Origin: a candidate division NPL-UPA2 bacterium Unc8
Lineage (GTDB): Bacteria > NPL-UPA2
DNA: 38,362 nucleotides
Direction of reading: 5' to 3'
Assembly (NCBI GenBank): GCA_003574845.1
Contig: NDHY01000003.1
Location: 64,646 to 103,007 of the forward strand
Part shown: positions 19,121-27,738 of the stretch, one piece after another
How positions within the stretch are numbered: the first letter of the stretch is position 1
Layout of the letters: each line of letters starts with the position of its first letter
Program-made: the position numbers and the translations under genes
The notes under the pieces: generated by a model
Told to the model about the DNA's origin: nothing
Seen by the model: only the letters and a program-made list of their open reading frames with translations
Databases searched by the model: none

Positions 19121-20253
19121 TTAAAACTCTTTCTGTAAGGAATAAAGGAAATAGATAAAATAATCAAGAGAGTCCCGCTTACGATGAGAGGAACATGATA
19201 GCCATATCTGGTATTTAGATAACCGCTTATTAGTGCCCCTAAGAATACTCCCCCTGCCCTGATGGTCATCATCAACCCAAAACTACCCCCCATTCTCTCG
19301 CGCGGGAAGATAATAGAGATAATCAATGCCGATGAAAGAATAAGAAAAGCATCTCCGCTAACATGAAGTATGCGAACAATAATTATCGCAAGATAAGAAT
19401 TAGCCAGAGGTGTCAGCGCCTGAAAGATGCCTGAGATAGCTAACCCGAGCGAAAGAAAAATAAAAACATTTTTTTTAGTATCGAATGCGTGTCCGCAAAT
19501 AAGGCTGAATACTCCCAGCCATAAGCCTGAGATACCAAAGACAGTCGCTATTTCCCACGCGGTCAAATTAATCGCCGTATCCATAAAAAGAGCTAAGCTT
19601 GTCTTTTCCGTGCCAAAGTGGAATCCAACTGTTAGAATAATTAGAATGAGGAACAGAACATCCTTTTTCCTCAGGTCTTTCTTGTATTGCACCAAAGCAA
19701 ATTTGATTGGAGGAATATCACCAATCTTTGTTGTTATCATAAGGAGAAGCAGTACCGCTATCGCGCCAACAAGAAAGACTGCTCTTTGCCCAAAAAAATC
19801 AATTACAAGTCCGCCTGTCAGCGGGCCTAATCCAAGCCCAAGATGCCCCGAGAACATCAGGATAGCTAACTTTATGCCCCTTTTTCCACCTTGAAGATGC
19901 TTGAAGTAGAGAGAGTTCAGAGAGATTAAAAAAAGCGTTGTTCCTGCTCCAGCAACAACAAAAATAAGAAGAAGAGCAGGAAAGTTAGTGGCAAAGTAAA
20001 GCCCGCATAAAGAGAGTATAATCAATCCTGCTCCTGTTTGAATCAGACTGCGCGGGGATGACCGGTCAGAGAGAAGACCAAAGAATAATGCCAGCATTGG
20101 CGCAACGAGGGAGAAGACTCCAACAAGAATGCCTATCTCTATATTAGAGATATTAATAGTCCTGAGATAGACAGGCAAATAAAAGAAGACCATCCAGGTG
20201 ACATAGAAAAACAAAAAAAAACAAATGGAAAAAATAATAACAATTCTCTTCAT
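19105..20253 (-). CDS. MFS transporter
   Basis: About 12 hydrophobic segments, GLLSDR loop motif, GPLTGG; start taken as ATG 20253 (MKRIV). Confidence 0.85.
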   Translation of the reverse strand: MKRIVIIFSICFFLFFYVTWMVFFYLPVYLRTINISNIEIGILVGVFSLVAPMLALFFGLLSDRSSPRSLIQTGAGLIILSLCGLYFATNFPALLLIFVVAGAGTTLFLISLNSLYFKHLQGGKRGIKLAILMFSGHLGLGLGPLTGGLVIDFFGQRAVFLVGAIAVLLLLMITTKIGDIPPIKFALVQYKKDLRKKDVLFLILIILTVGFHFGTEKTSLALFMDTAINLTAWEIATVFGISGLWLGVFSLICGHAFDTKKNVFIFLSLGLAISGIFQALTPLANSYLAIIIVRILHVSGDAFLILSSALIISIIFPRERMGGSFGLMMTIRAGGVFLGALISGYLNTRYGYHVPLIVSGTLLIILSISFIPYRKSFNWRQS

Positions 20254-20257
20254 ATGT

Positions 20258-20430
20258 GCCAGACCACCAGTCACCAGTGCACCAGTTACCAGTTTAAGAA
20301 CTAATTCAAAAGTTAAAAGTCAAAAGGCAAAAGTGCAAGTTAAAAGTTAAAAGTTTTTTAAATCAATTTTGAATTTTGCATTGTAATTTTGACTTTTGAT
20401 TTTTGAATTTATCTCTTCAGCCCCTGTGCC
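20258..20430. repeat. Heptamer tracts incl. an inverted (CAAAAGT / ATTTTGA) pair
   Basis: CACCAGT run, then AATTCAAAAGTTAAAAGTCAAAA... facing ...TTTTGACTTTTGATTTTTGAATT; 35 nt identical to 15129-15163. Confidence 0.85.
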
Positions 20431-21315
20431 TTACTTATAGATAGAGGCTCCTTCTCTTCGTGTTAGACTTTTGAACTTCCTGCTCAGCTTGCGGGTAATC
20501 TCGCCGGGCTTTCCATTAGCAATTACTCTTCCGTCTACCTCTACTACGGGCATTACCTCGGCAGCAGTGCCGGTAAGAAAGCATTCTTCGCAATTATAGA
20601 GTTGATATCTGGTAAAAGGCTCTTCTTGAACTCCTATCCCGAACTCTTTTGCTAGATAAATAATTACATTGCGGGTAATGCCTTCAAGAACACCGAGGAA
20701 AGCAGGTGGAGTAAGAAGTGCTCCATTTTTTAAAATAAAGATATTTGTTCCGCTGCATTCCACAACATATCCTTCCACACTCAGCATCAAAGCATCATGA
20801 GCATTACTGTTTACCGCCTCAATCTTTGCCAGGATGTTGTTTAGATAGTTGAGTGACTTAGCACAGGGATTAACAGCTTCAGAGATATTCCGCCGTGTGG
20901 AAACAGTAACAATCTTTATTCCCTTTCGGTAAAGCTCATCCGGATAAAGAATAATTTTATCAGTGATGATAATTATGGAAGGATGATGACAAAGCCTCAT
21001 ATCCAGCCCCAGGTCTCCTTCTCCCCGCGTTACAATGAGCCGTATGTAGGCATCATGAAGATTATTTTTTTGCAACGTTGCGAAGACAGCCTGCTCCAAC
21101 TCCTCTATTTTAAGGGGAATTTTTAGCATTATCATCATGGCTGACTCATAAAGTCTCTTCAGATGCTCTTTCAGACGAAATACCTTTCCCCCATAAGCAC
21201 GAATACCCTCAAATACCCCGTCGCCATATAGAAGCCCGTGGTCAAAGACAGATATTTTAGCATCACTGCGGTCAAAAAACTCACCGTTGATATAGACCTC
21301 CAATCCCATATTCAT
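20431..21315 (-). CDS. ilvE: Branched-chain amino acid aminotransferase
   Basis: DHGLLYGDGVFEGIR, KSLNY, LEGITR, FLTGTAAEV. Confidence 0.95.
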   Translation of the reverse strand: MNMGLEVYINGEFFDRSDAKISVFDHGLLYGDGVFEGIRAYGGKVFRLKEHLKRLYESAMMIMLKIPLKIEELEQAVFATLQKNNLHDAYIRLIVTRGEGDLGLDMRLCHHPSIIIITDKIILYPDELYRKGIKIVTVSTRRNISEAVNPCAKSLNYLNNILAKIEAVNSNAHDALMLSVEGYVVECSGTNIFILKNGALLTPPAFLGVLEGITRNVIIYLAKEFGIGVQEEPFTRYQLYNCEECFLTGTAAEVMPVVEVDGRVIANGKPGEITRKLSRKFKSLTRREGASIYK

Positions 21316-21351
21316 CTCCTCTTTTTATCGGTTAATAGTGATATTTGCTCC

Positions 21352-22779
21352 TCAATCTTGTGTTACAGCTCCTAACTGAGGAAAGAGAATAACATCGCGC
21401 ACAGAGGCAGAATCTGTAAATAGCATTATAAGCCGGTCAATACCTATGCCCATGCCACTTGCCGGAGGCATCCCATGCTCAAGAGCAAGTAAAAAACCTT
21501 CATCAACCACATCTGCCTGCTCATAGAGCCTTTTTCTCTGTTCAATCGGGTCAGCAAGCTCTGAATAAGCATTCGCTATCTCAATGCCGCCGGCGAAAAG
21601 CTCAAATCTTTCACACACATCTAAGTTATCTTTCTTTCTTTTTGCTAAGGGGCAGAGAAATGCCGGGTAATCAATAATAAAGGTAGGGAAAGTGCTCGCG
21701 AGAGACTTCTCCAGCAGTCTAACGATACCGCTGCGGGTTATATTTTCACCGGGAATTTCTACTTTTGCGGCGCGAAGTTTTTGAGTAAGGCTTTTCAGGT
21801 CTTCGGTTTTAATGTCAACATTGTACAATTCACGCAGAGCCTCATTAAAAGTAGTCCTTCGCCATGGGGGAGACAGGTCAATCTTCATCCCTTGATAAGT
21901 TATTTGCCGTTTGCCTAAAATAGTATCGGCAAGATTAAGGATAAGTTTTTCACAAAATTCCATCATATATTCATAATCAGCATAAGCCTCATAAAGCTCC
22001 AGCATAGTAAACTCAGGATTGTGGCGGGTAGAAAGCCCCTCGTTACGAAAAGATTTGTTCAGGTCATAGACTTTTTCCTCTCCCCCGACAAGAAGTTGCT
22101 TAAGGTATAATTCAGGAGCAATCCGAAGGAAAAGCTCCATCTTTAATGCATCCTGATATGTGCGAAAAGGCTTTCCCGCCGCACCCCCGGGGATTGCCTG
22201 AAGTATAGGAGTTTCAACTTCAGTGAAGCCCTGTTCATCAAGCCATCGTCTCAGCTCTTTGGTCAGTGAGGAGCGAAGAGCGAACACTTCTCTCGCCTTA
22301 GCGTTGGCAATGAGGTCAAGGTAGCGCTGTCGGTACTTTATCTCTACATCTTTCAGCCCGTGCCACTTTGCAGGAAGTGGCCGCATTGTTTTGGTGAGCA
22401 GCGTCCAATTACTTGCTTTTACGGAAAGCTCCCCCATGCGGGTGCGAAAAACTTCCCCGGTAATTCCAATGAAATCTCCAATGTCAATTCCTTCTTGAAA
22501 TATATTATATTTTTCTTCTCCTATAAAACTACAGTTAAGGTAAATCTGAATTACAGCGCTTCCATCCCACAAATCAAAAAAGATTGACTTGCCATGCTTG
22601 CGAATAGCAATGAGACGCCCGGCAATAATTACCTCACCTTCCATTTCCTCATTTAAGTCGGCAATAGAATGAGTGCGCTTAAATCGACCACCATAAGGAG
22701 ATACGCCGCTACTCTTAACTTTTTCAAGCTTTTGGAGGCGCTCTTCCGGGATTTCTTCTATTTTTTCCTTCTTATCCAT
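21352..22779 (-). CDS. lysS: Lysine--tRNA ligase (class II)
   Basis: YRQRYLDL, LRIAPELYLK, FRNEG, HNPEFTMLE, GMGIGIDRL. Confidence 0.97.
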   Translation of the reverse strand: MDKKEKIEEIPEERLQKLEKVKSSGVSPYGGRFKRTHSIADLNEEMEGEVIIAGRLIAIRKHGKSIFFDLWDGSAVIQIYLNCSFIGEEKYNIFQEGIDIGDFIGITGEVFRTRMGELSVKASNWTLLTKTMRPLPAKWHGLKDVEIKYRQRYLDLIANAKAREVFALRSSLTKELRRWLDEQGFTEVETPILQAIPGGAAGKPFRTYQDALKMELFLRIAPELYLKQLLVGGEEKVYDLNKSFRNEGLSTRHNPEFTMLELYEAYADYEYMMEFCEKLILNLADTILGKRQITYQGMKIDLSPPWRRTTFNEALRELYNVDIKTEDLKSLTQKLRAAKVEIPGENITRSGIVRLLEKSLASTFPTFIIDYPAFLCPLAKRKKDNLDVCERFELFAGGIEIANAYSELADPIEQRKRLYEQADVVDEGFLLALEHGMPPASGMGIGIDRLIMLFTDSASVRDVILFPQLGAVTQD

Positions 22780-22806
22780 GCTTTCGTTCTGTCAAAAGTT
22801 TTTAGT

Positions 22807-23190
22807 TTATTCCCTCTCCCCTTGTGGGAGAGGGTTAGGGTGAGGGGATAGTAAGAGTGTGTCCCTTATAACTTCTAAGACACCTTCTATATTCTCAAGA
22901 ACATCGTGATCCCAAAACCTTAAAACCTCAAACCCTTCTCCCCTTAACCACTTATCCCTTTTTCTGTCTTGTGCACCTTCGATTGCATGCTGTCCACCAT
23001 CTACCTCTATTACAATCTTTCTTTTAAAATTTACAAAATCCACTATATATCTTCCTATTGGTTGTTGCCGCCGGAATTTAAATCCTTCTAATTGATTTCT
23101 TCTTATATATTTCCATAAATATCTTTCTGTATCAGTAAAATTTTTTCTAAGATTTCTTGCAATATTAACTGACTTCTTGCCCGATTTCAC
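22807..23190 (-). CDS. DUF559 (Vsr-like) endonuclease domain protein
   Basis: ARNLRK..T..E..LW, KFRRQQPIGRYIVDF, IEVDGGQH, VLRFW. Confidence 0.92.
   Translation of the reverse strand: MKSGKKSVNIARNLRKNFTDTERYLWKYIRRNQLEGFKFRRQQPIGRYIVDFVNFKRKIVIEVDGGQHAIEGAQDRKRDKWLRGEGFEVLRFWDHDVLENIEGVLEVIRDTLLLSPHPNPLPQGERE
22810..22848 (-). repeat. Palindromic repeat at the DUF559 3' end
   Basis: CCCTCTCCC-CTTGT-GGGAGAGGG hairpin plus TTAGGGTGAGGGG tail; encodes SPHPNPLPQGERE. Confidence 0.85.
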
Positions 23191-23225
23191 CCCTACTTTT
23201 GTCCTCCCCCATCAAGAGGGAGGAA
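23188..23225 (+). repeat. Related palindromic repeat at the DUF559 5' end, opposite orientation
   Basis: CACCCCTACTTTTG then TCCTCCC...GGGAGGA hairpin. Confidence 0.7.
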
Positions 23226-23341
23226 CAAGTTTATTAGATATTTTTTGATCTCAACCCATAAAAGTATATTCTCTCCCCCTTTATGCAAGATTTTCTCCTT
23301 CATTAACACATTAACAAGGGTTTTCTATAAATTCTTTCATA

Positions 23342-24434
23342 CTATTTTTTCCTTCTTATCCATGCTTTAATCAGGCTATCAATATCGCCGTCCATAACGG
23401 CATTGACATTGCCTATTTCCAGGTTTGTGCGATGGTCTTTAACCATTGAGTAAGGATGAAAGACATAGGAACGTATTTGACTGCCCCATGCAATCTCATC
23501 CTTCTTTCCTTTTTCTTTTAACATCTCTTCTTCTTTTTTCTTTCTATAATACTCGTGAAGTCGTGCCTTGAGGACTTTGAGAGCAGTTTCCTTGTTCTGA
23601 TGTTGAGACCTCTCATTTTGACACTGGGCAGTGATTTTTGTGGGAATGTGGGTAACTCTAACTGCTGAATCAGTAACGTTCACATGCTGTCCACCGGCGC
23701 CTGATGCGCGGTAGGTATCAATTTTCAAATCGGATTGAACAATTTGTATCTCTTCGTCTTTTATCTCAGGAACGACATCAACTGAGGAAAAAGAGGTATG
23801 ACGACGCTTGGCAGCATCAAACGGGGAAATTCTGACAAGCCGATGGACGCCGTTCTCGGCTTTGAGGTATCCGTGAGCATGGTCTCCTTTTATCAGGGCA
23901 GTAACGCTCTTTATCCCGGCTTCTTCCCCATGAAGCAAGTCAATGATATCTACTTTATAACCTTTCCTTTCTGCCCAGCGAAGATACATGCGAAGAAGCA
24001 TTTTTGCCCAATCACAGGACTCAGTGCCTCCGGCGCCGGCATGAATAGAGAGAAAAGCATTACAGTAATCATTTTCTCCATCCATCAAAAAAGTGAATTC
24101 CAGCGCTTTTAGGCGCTCATTCAGTTCTTTATATCCTTCAGCAACTTCACTTATAAGGCTTTCTTCTTTTTCTTCCCCTGCTAATTGGAGCAATTCCGAT
24201 AGTTCGCTTTCTTTCTTTTCCAGTTCCTGCCAGGGAGTAACCTCTGCTTTAAGACGGTTCAATTGCCCGATAACTTCTCTTGCTTCCCGCGGCTCATCCC
24301 AGAAAGAAGCCCCCTCTATTTTCTTCTCAAGGCTTTCTATTTCTCTTCCCTTATTGGCAAAGTCAAAGGTGCCCTCGCATTTTCAGGAGCTTTTCCCGAA
24401 TATCAATTAGCTCCTTGCGCAATTCATCAAACAT
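23342..24434 (-). CDS. prfB: Peptide chain release factor 2, programmed +1 frameshift
   Basis: ATG 24434 gives MFDELRKELIDIREKLLKMRGHL, then CTT TGA C (24368-24362) with AGGG upstream; +1 frame DFANKG... continues to SPF and GGQ motifs. Confidence 0.97.
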
Positions 24435-24449
24435 ATTCTTTCCTCCCCC

Positions 24450-24620
24450 TCTAACAGTCTTCAGTCTTCAGTCGGCAGTCTAACAGTCCTTAGTCTATCC
24501 ACCTGGGAACAAATCTTAAACTCCCTGCCTGCGGCAGGCAGGTAAATCCTAAATCCTACCCTGAACTTGATTCAGGGCAAAACCCAATTACCAGTTACCA
24601 ATTTCTAATTTTTAATTTCA
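24450..24620. repeat. Heptamer tracts containing two short hairpin elements
   Basis: CAGTCTT, TAAATCC, CAATTAC runs; CCTGCCTG-CGG-CAGGCAGG (24524-24542) and CCCTGAA-CTTGA-TTCAGGG (24559-24577). Confidence 0.8.
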
Positions 24621-25543
24621 CTCTTTGTGCCTTCCTCTTTTCCTTCCATTACTTCAATTGCATGTTCTAATATTGGAGATATTATTTCAAGAGAGTCTTT
24701 TGCCCCTTGAGGGCTTCCGGGAAGATTCACAATCAAAGTTTTTCCTCTGATTCCAGCAACACCACGGGAGAGATAGGCTCGCACTGTCTTTTTAGCTCCC
24801 TCAGCTCGTATTATCTCAGCAAAACCCGGCATCTCTTTATCCAATACCTCTCCGGTTGCTTCAGGGGTTACATCCCGCAGTGATGGACCTGTTCCACCTG
24901 TGGTGAGAATAAGATTAACGATACCGCTATCAGACCAGTTTTTCAAAGTTTTTATAATCTCGCCGAAGTCATCGGAAATGAGCTTATACAGCATCACTTC
25001 AGCAGCAAGAGCTTTTAATGTCTCTCTCAAGAGCATCCCGCTTTTGTCTTCTCTTTCTCCGCTTGCGCATCTGTCGCTTATAGTGAGTACACCTGCCAAA
25101 ATTTTCCTGCCGCCTCCCGGGGTAATCCTATCCCACTTTTTTACTTTACCTCCACTTAGAACTTTAGCAAATACTCCCTGAGAAGGCAGGATACAGTTAC
25201 CAAGACTTTTGTAAATTTTACATGGTTTCTGGCAGGTCTTGCCAATTTGAGTTATCTCAAGAAGAGCACTCTTGCCAACCTTGAGTCTTGCACCCACGAG
25301 AAGACTTGTAATTTCTATTTTGGTGGTAGTGAGGTTTTCTCCAAAGCCGCCACAGCTAATTTTTATGCCTTTTTTCTTCATTTCTTTGAGGGTCTCATCC
25401 GCCAGAAGACTTACTTGCCTGGAGCCTCCTCCGGCATGAGCATCTCCCTCCAACCCATAATTTTTCCTGAGAATTCCCTCCTCCACTCTATTTTTAGAAG
25501 TACCTTTCTTCTTGCTGATACAGACAGCTAAAACCTTTCCCAT
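24605..25543 (-). CDS. MOSC domain - MogA/MoaB molybdopterin adenylyltransferase fusion
   Basis: GLEGDAHAG..RQVSLL, FGENLT, TQIGK.C; then TISDR, DKSG, TTGGTG...RDVTPEA, NLPGSP; TAATG coupling to upstream gene. Confidence 0.88.
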   Translation of the reverse strand: MGKVLAVCISKKKGTSKNRVEEGILRKNYGLEGDAHAGGGSRQVSLLADETLKEMKKKGIKISCGGFGENLTTTKIEITSLLVGARLKVGKSALLEITQIGKTCQKPCKIYKSLGNCILPSQGVFAKVLSGGKVKKWDRITPGGGRKILAGVLTISDRCASGEREDKSGMLLRETLKALAAEVMLYKLISDDFGEIIKTLKNWSDSGIVNLILTTGGTGPSLRDVTPEATGEVLDKEMPGFAEIIRAEGAKKTVRAYLSRGVAGIRGKTLIVNLPGSPQGAKDSLEIISPILEHAIEVMEGKEEGTKSEIKN

Positions 25544-26502
25544 TACATTTCCCACCTATTACAGCGGCTTCCCCATCTGGAGACAGGCTCGCCTTCAAAT
25601 AAAAGCTGAACAATCTCGCAAGAGTTAGTGCACTCATCACACTCAAAGCCTGATGTTCTATAATCAGCCATAGTAATCTCAAGCCCTTTAAACCTTGTCG
25701 TTCCTGATAGCTCTTCCCGCGCCAGGATTGCCACTCCAATAGCTCCCATCATAATATGGTTTGGCGGGATAATGACCTTCTGCTCCAATTCCTGTTCAAA
25801 TGCCGACTTAATTCCTAAATTTGCTGCTACTCCCCCTTGAAATACAAATGGGGGAAGAAGCTCTTTTCCCTTAGCCACATTGTTGAGGTAATTCCTCACC
25901 AGCGCCTGGCACAGTCCAGCAATAATATTTTCCTTATTATGCCCTGTCTGTTGCTTATGCACCATATCAGTTTCAGCAAATACAGTGCAGCGTCCAGCGA
26001 TTCTAACAGGACTGCTTGCCCGAAGAGCATATTCTCCAAAGTCTTCAATGGGAATGCCAAGCCTCAATGCCTGATGCTCAAGGAAAGAGCCGGTCCCCGC
26101 AGCACAGACCGTGTTCATAGCAAAATCGGTCGCAATCCCGTCTCTGATGATAATGATTTTTGAATCCTGCCCCCCAATTTCAAATACCGTCTGGACCTCG
26201 GGAAGAAAGACAGTAGCTGCCACGGCATGAGCAGTAATCTCGTTCTTGATTGTATCTGCACCCACCAGGGTTCCTGCCAGGTACCTCCCGCTACCCGTGG
26301 TTCCCACTGATAAAATTTTGCTGGTTGCATCAGCTACGGAGGAAACTTCTTTTAAGCCGGCCTGGATTGTTCTGACAGGGTCTCCCTCTGTCTTGGCATA
26401 GCTACAGACTATAATCTCATCCTGCTCATTAATAATGGCTATCTTTGTCGTTATTGAGCCAACATCAATTCCCAAAAAAGCATTTGTCAGCGTATTATTC
26501 AT
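25543..26502 (-). CDS. Acyl-CoA dehydratase activase (ASKHA ATPase, 4Fe-4S)
   Basis: GIDVGSITTK, TTGSGR, EIGGQDSK, MNTVCAAGTGSFL, RCTVFAE, GGVAAN, C-terminal CxxCxxxC. Confidence 0.9.
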   Translation of the reverse strand: MNNTLTNAFLGIDVGSITTKIAIINEQDEIIVCSYAKTEGDPVRTIQAGLKEVSSVADATSKILSVGTTGSGRYLAGTLVGADTIKNEITAHAVAATVFLPEVQTVFEIGGQDSKIIIIRDGIATDFAMNTVCAAGTGSFLEHQALRLGIPIEDFGEYALRASSPVRIAGRCTVFAETDMVHKQQTGHNKENIIAGLCQALVRNYLNNVAKGKELLPPFVFQGGVAANLGIKSAFEQELEQKVIIPPNHIMMGAIGVAILAREELSGTTRFKGLEITMADYRTSGFECDECTNSCEIVQLLFEGEPVSRWGSRCNRWEM

Positions 26503-26549
26503 TGTGCGACTCCGGGTTTCCGATTTTTATTGCTAAATTATTTTGTGTT

Positions 26550-26578
26550 TCTATATCACATTTCTTTATTTTTATCAA
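26550..26578 (-). promoter_or_regulatory. Putative promoter of the activase/MOSC-MogA unit
   Basis: TTGATA-17 nt-TATAGA with extended TG. Confidence 0.4.
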
Positions 26579-26681
26579 GCAAAATTATTGGTCACAACTT
26601 TTTTAGTGAATGGTGATTAGTAAATGGTGATTGGTGAATGGGGGTCAGGAGCCAGAATTCAGAAGTCAGAATCCTGGACTG

Positions 26682-26808
26682 CCTGCCTGTGCGTTGCCTG
26701 CCTGAGCGCCTGCCTGAGCGTTGCTCGCCTGCCTGTGCGGTGCACGCAGACAGGCAGACAGGCAGACAGGCAGACAGGAGAGCGCTCGCAGTCAGGCACG
26801 CAGACAGG
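26682..26808. repeat. Nested array of a 27-bp imperfect palindrome CCTGCCTGWGCG-N3-CWCGCAGACAGG
   Basis: Four left arms followed by right arms, bounded by TGGACTG on both sides, inside heptamer tracts (26604-26845). Confidence 0.88.
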
Positions 26809-26846
26809 TGGACTGTATTTGAACTCTGAACCCCGGAACCTGAATA

Positions 26847-27686
26847 TTAGCTTTTTGTTTTACTTTTCTGCAAAGATTCCTGAAGAAAAGCCAAAAAAGT
26901 CCCAAAGAAAATTCCCAAAATGCCGGCTACGGACATATTCAAAGCCGGTCTTGGCTTAATCGGCACTTTCGGAATAAGCGGCGCTTTTATTACTTTAGTG
27001 GATCGGATATTTTCAAGTAATCTTTTATGAGAATTAATTCCTAAATATAGATTTTCTATTTCCCGTTTTCTGATTTCTAATCTTTCTTTGGTGGCAAAAA
27101 GGGCAAACTGAGAAGCAGGAGTCTGTTCTTTAAGAGGGACTTTTTCTAAAATTTCAATTTGAGTTCTTATGCTTTCATTTTCTTCTTCTAAAGAAATAAT
27201 TTTAGTTCTCAATCTTTCAATATCATTTTCAAAAAGCTCTTTTTTAACTTTAATTTGTTCCTGGTGGTTTGATAGAATCAAATTATTAATTTCCTGCAAA
27301 ATCGCTTTAGTTAGTTTCGGCTCAGTATCTTCTGCTTCTATTTTGAGCAAGTTAGTGCCTCCTGGGTTCTCAGATTTTACTTCTATATTTTTTTCTTCCG
27401 GGATGCCCAGCCTTGCCCTGATTAATCTTTCATATACGCCAAGTTTAAGTTTTTCTATTATCTGAGACGAGGCTTCAATAGCTTCTACTACTTCTTTTAT
27501 GTATCCTATTTCCAAAATGGTCTCGGCTCTATAAATTCTTGGCGAAATATAACTGAAAACTCCGGCCCCGGCCACTGCCAAAACAAAACCAAAAAAAATC
27601 AGCCGCTTTCTCCTCAAAATGACATTCAAATAATCCATCAAGTTTATTTCATCAAATTCCGAATGAACTTCTTGCTTTTGATCCAT
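26847..27686 (-). CDS. wzz: Wzz-type polysaccharide chain-length determinant
   Basis: DEINLMDY + TM1, coiled coil, Pro-rich PIKPRP + Gly-rich TM2. Confidence 0.8.
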   Translation of the reverse strand: MDQKQEVHSEFDEINLMDYLNVILRRKRLIFFGFVLAVAGAGVFSYISPRIYRAETILEIGYIKEVVEAIEASSQIIEKLKLGVYERLIRARLGIPEEKNIEVKSENPGGTNLLKIEAEDTEPKLTKAILQEINNLILSNHQEQIKVKKELFENDIERLRTKIISLEEENESIRTQIEILEKVPLKEQTPASQFALFATKERLEIRKREIENLYLGINSHKRLLENIRSTKVIKAPLIPKVPIKPRPALNMSVAGILGIFFGTFLAFLQESLQKSKTKS

Positions 27687-27706
27687 AATAAAACCTCCAT
27701 AGCAAA

Positions 27707-27735
27707 ACCATACTATCTGTTGCTAAACCTGTCAA
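27707..27735 (-). promoter_or_regulatory. Putative internal promoter for wzz
   Basis: TTGACA-17 nt-TATGGT, GGAGG RBS downstream. Confidence 0.5.
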
Positions 27736-27738
27736 GTC

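Noticed and set aside
20254-20274. MFS N-terminal extension MTGGLAH
   Set aside because: Derived from the CACCAGT repeat tract; ATG 20253 is the more plausible start
23342-24262. prfB as a truncated gene or pseudogene
   Set aside because: Explained by the canonical CTT-TGA-C programmed frameshift
26675-26815. TGGACTG pair as a proven 7-bp target-site duplication
   Set aside because: Could equally be two pre-existing heptamer units; inner insertions show no clear duplication
26624-26959. + strand ORFs of 111 and 63 aa
   Set aside because: Low-complexity translations of the nested palindrome and heptamer tracts; no RBS or protein motif
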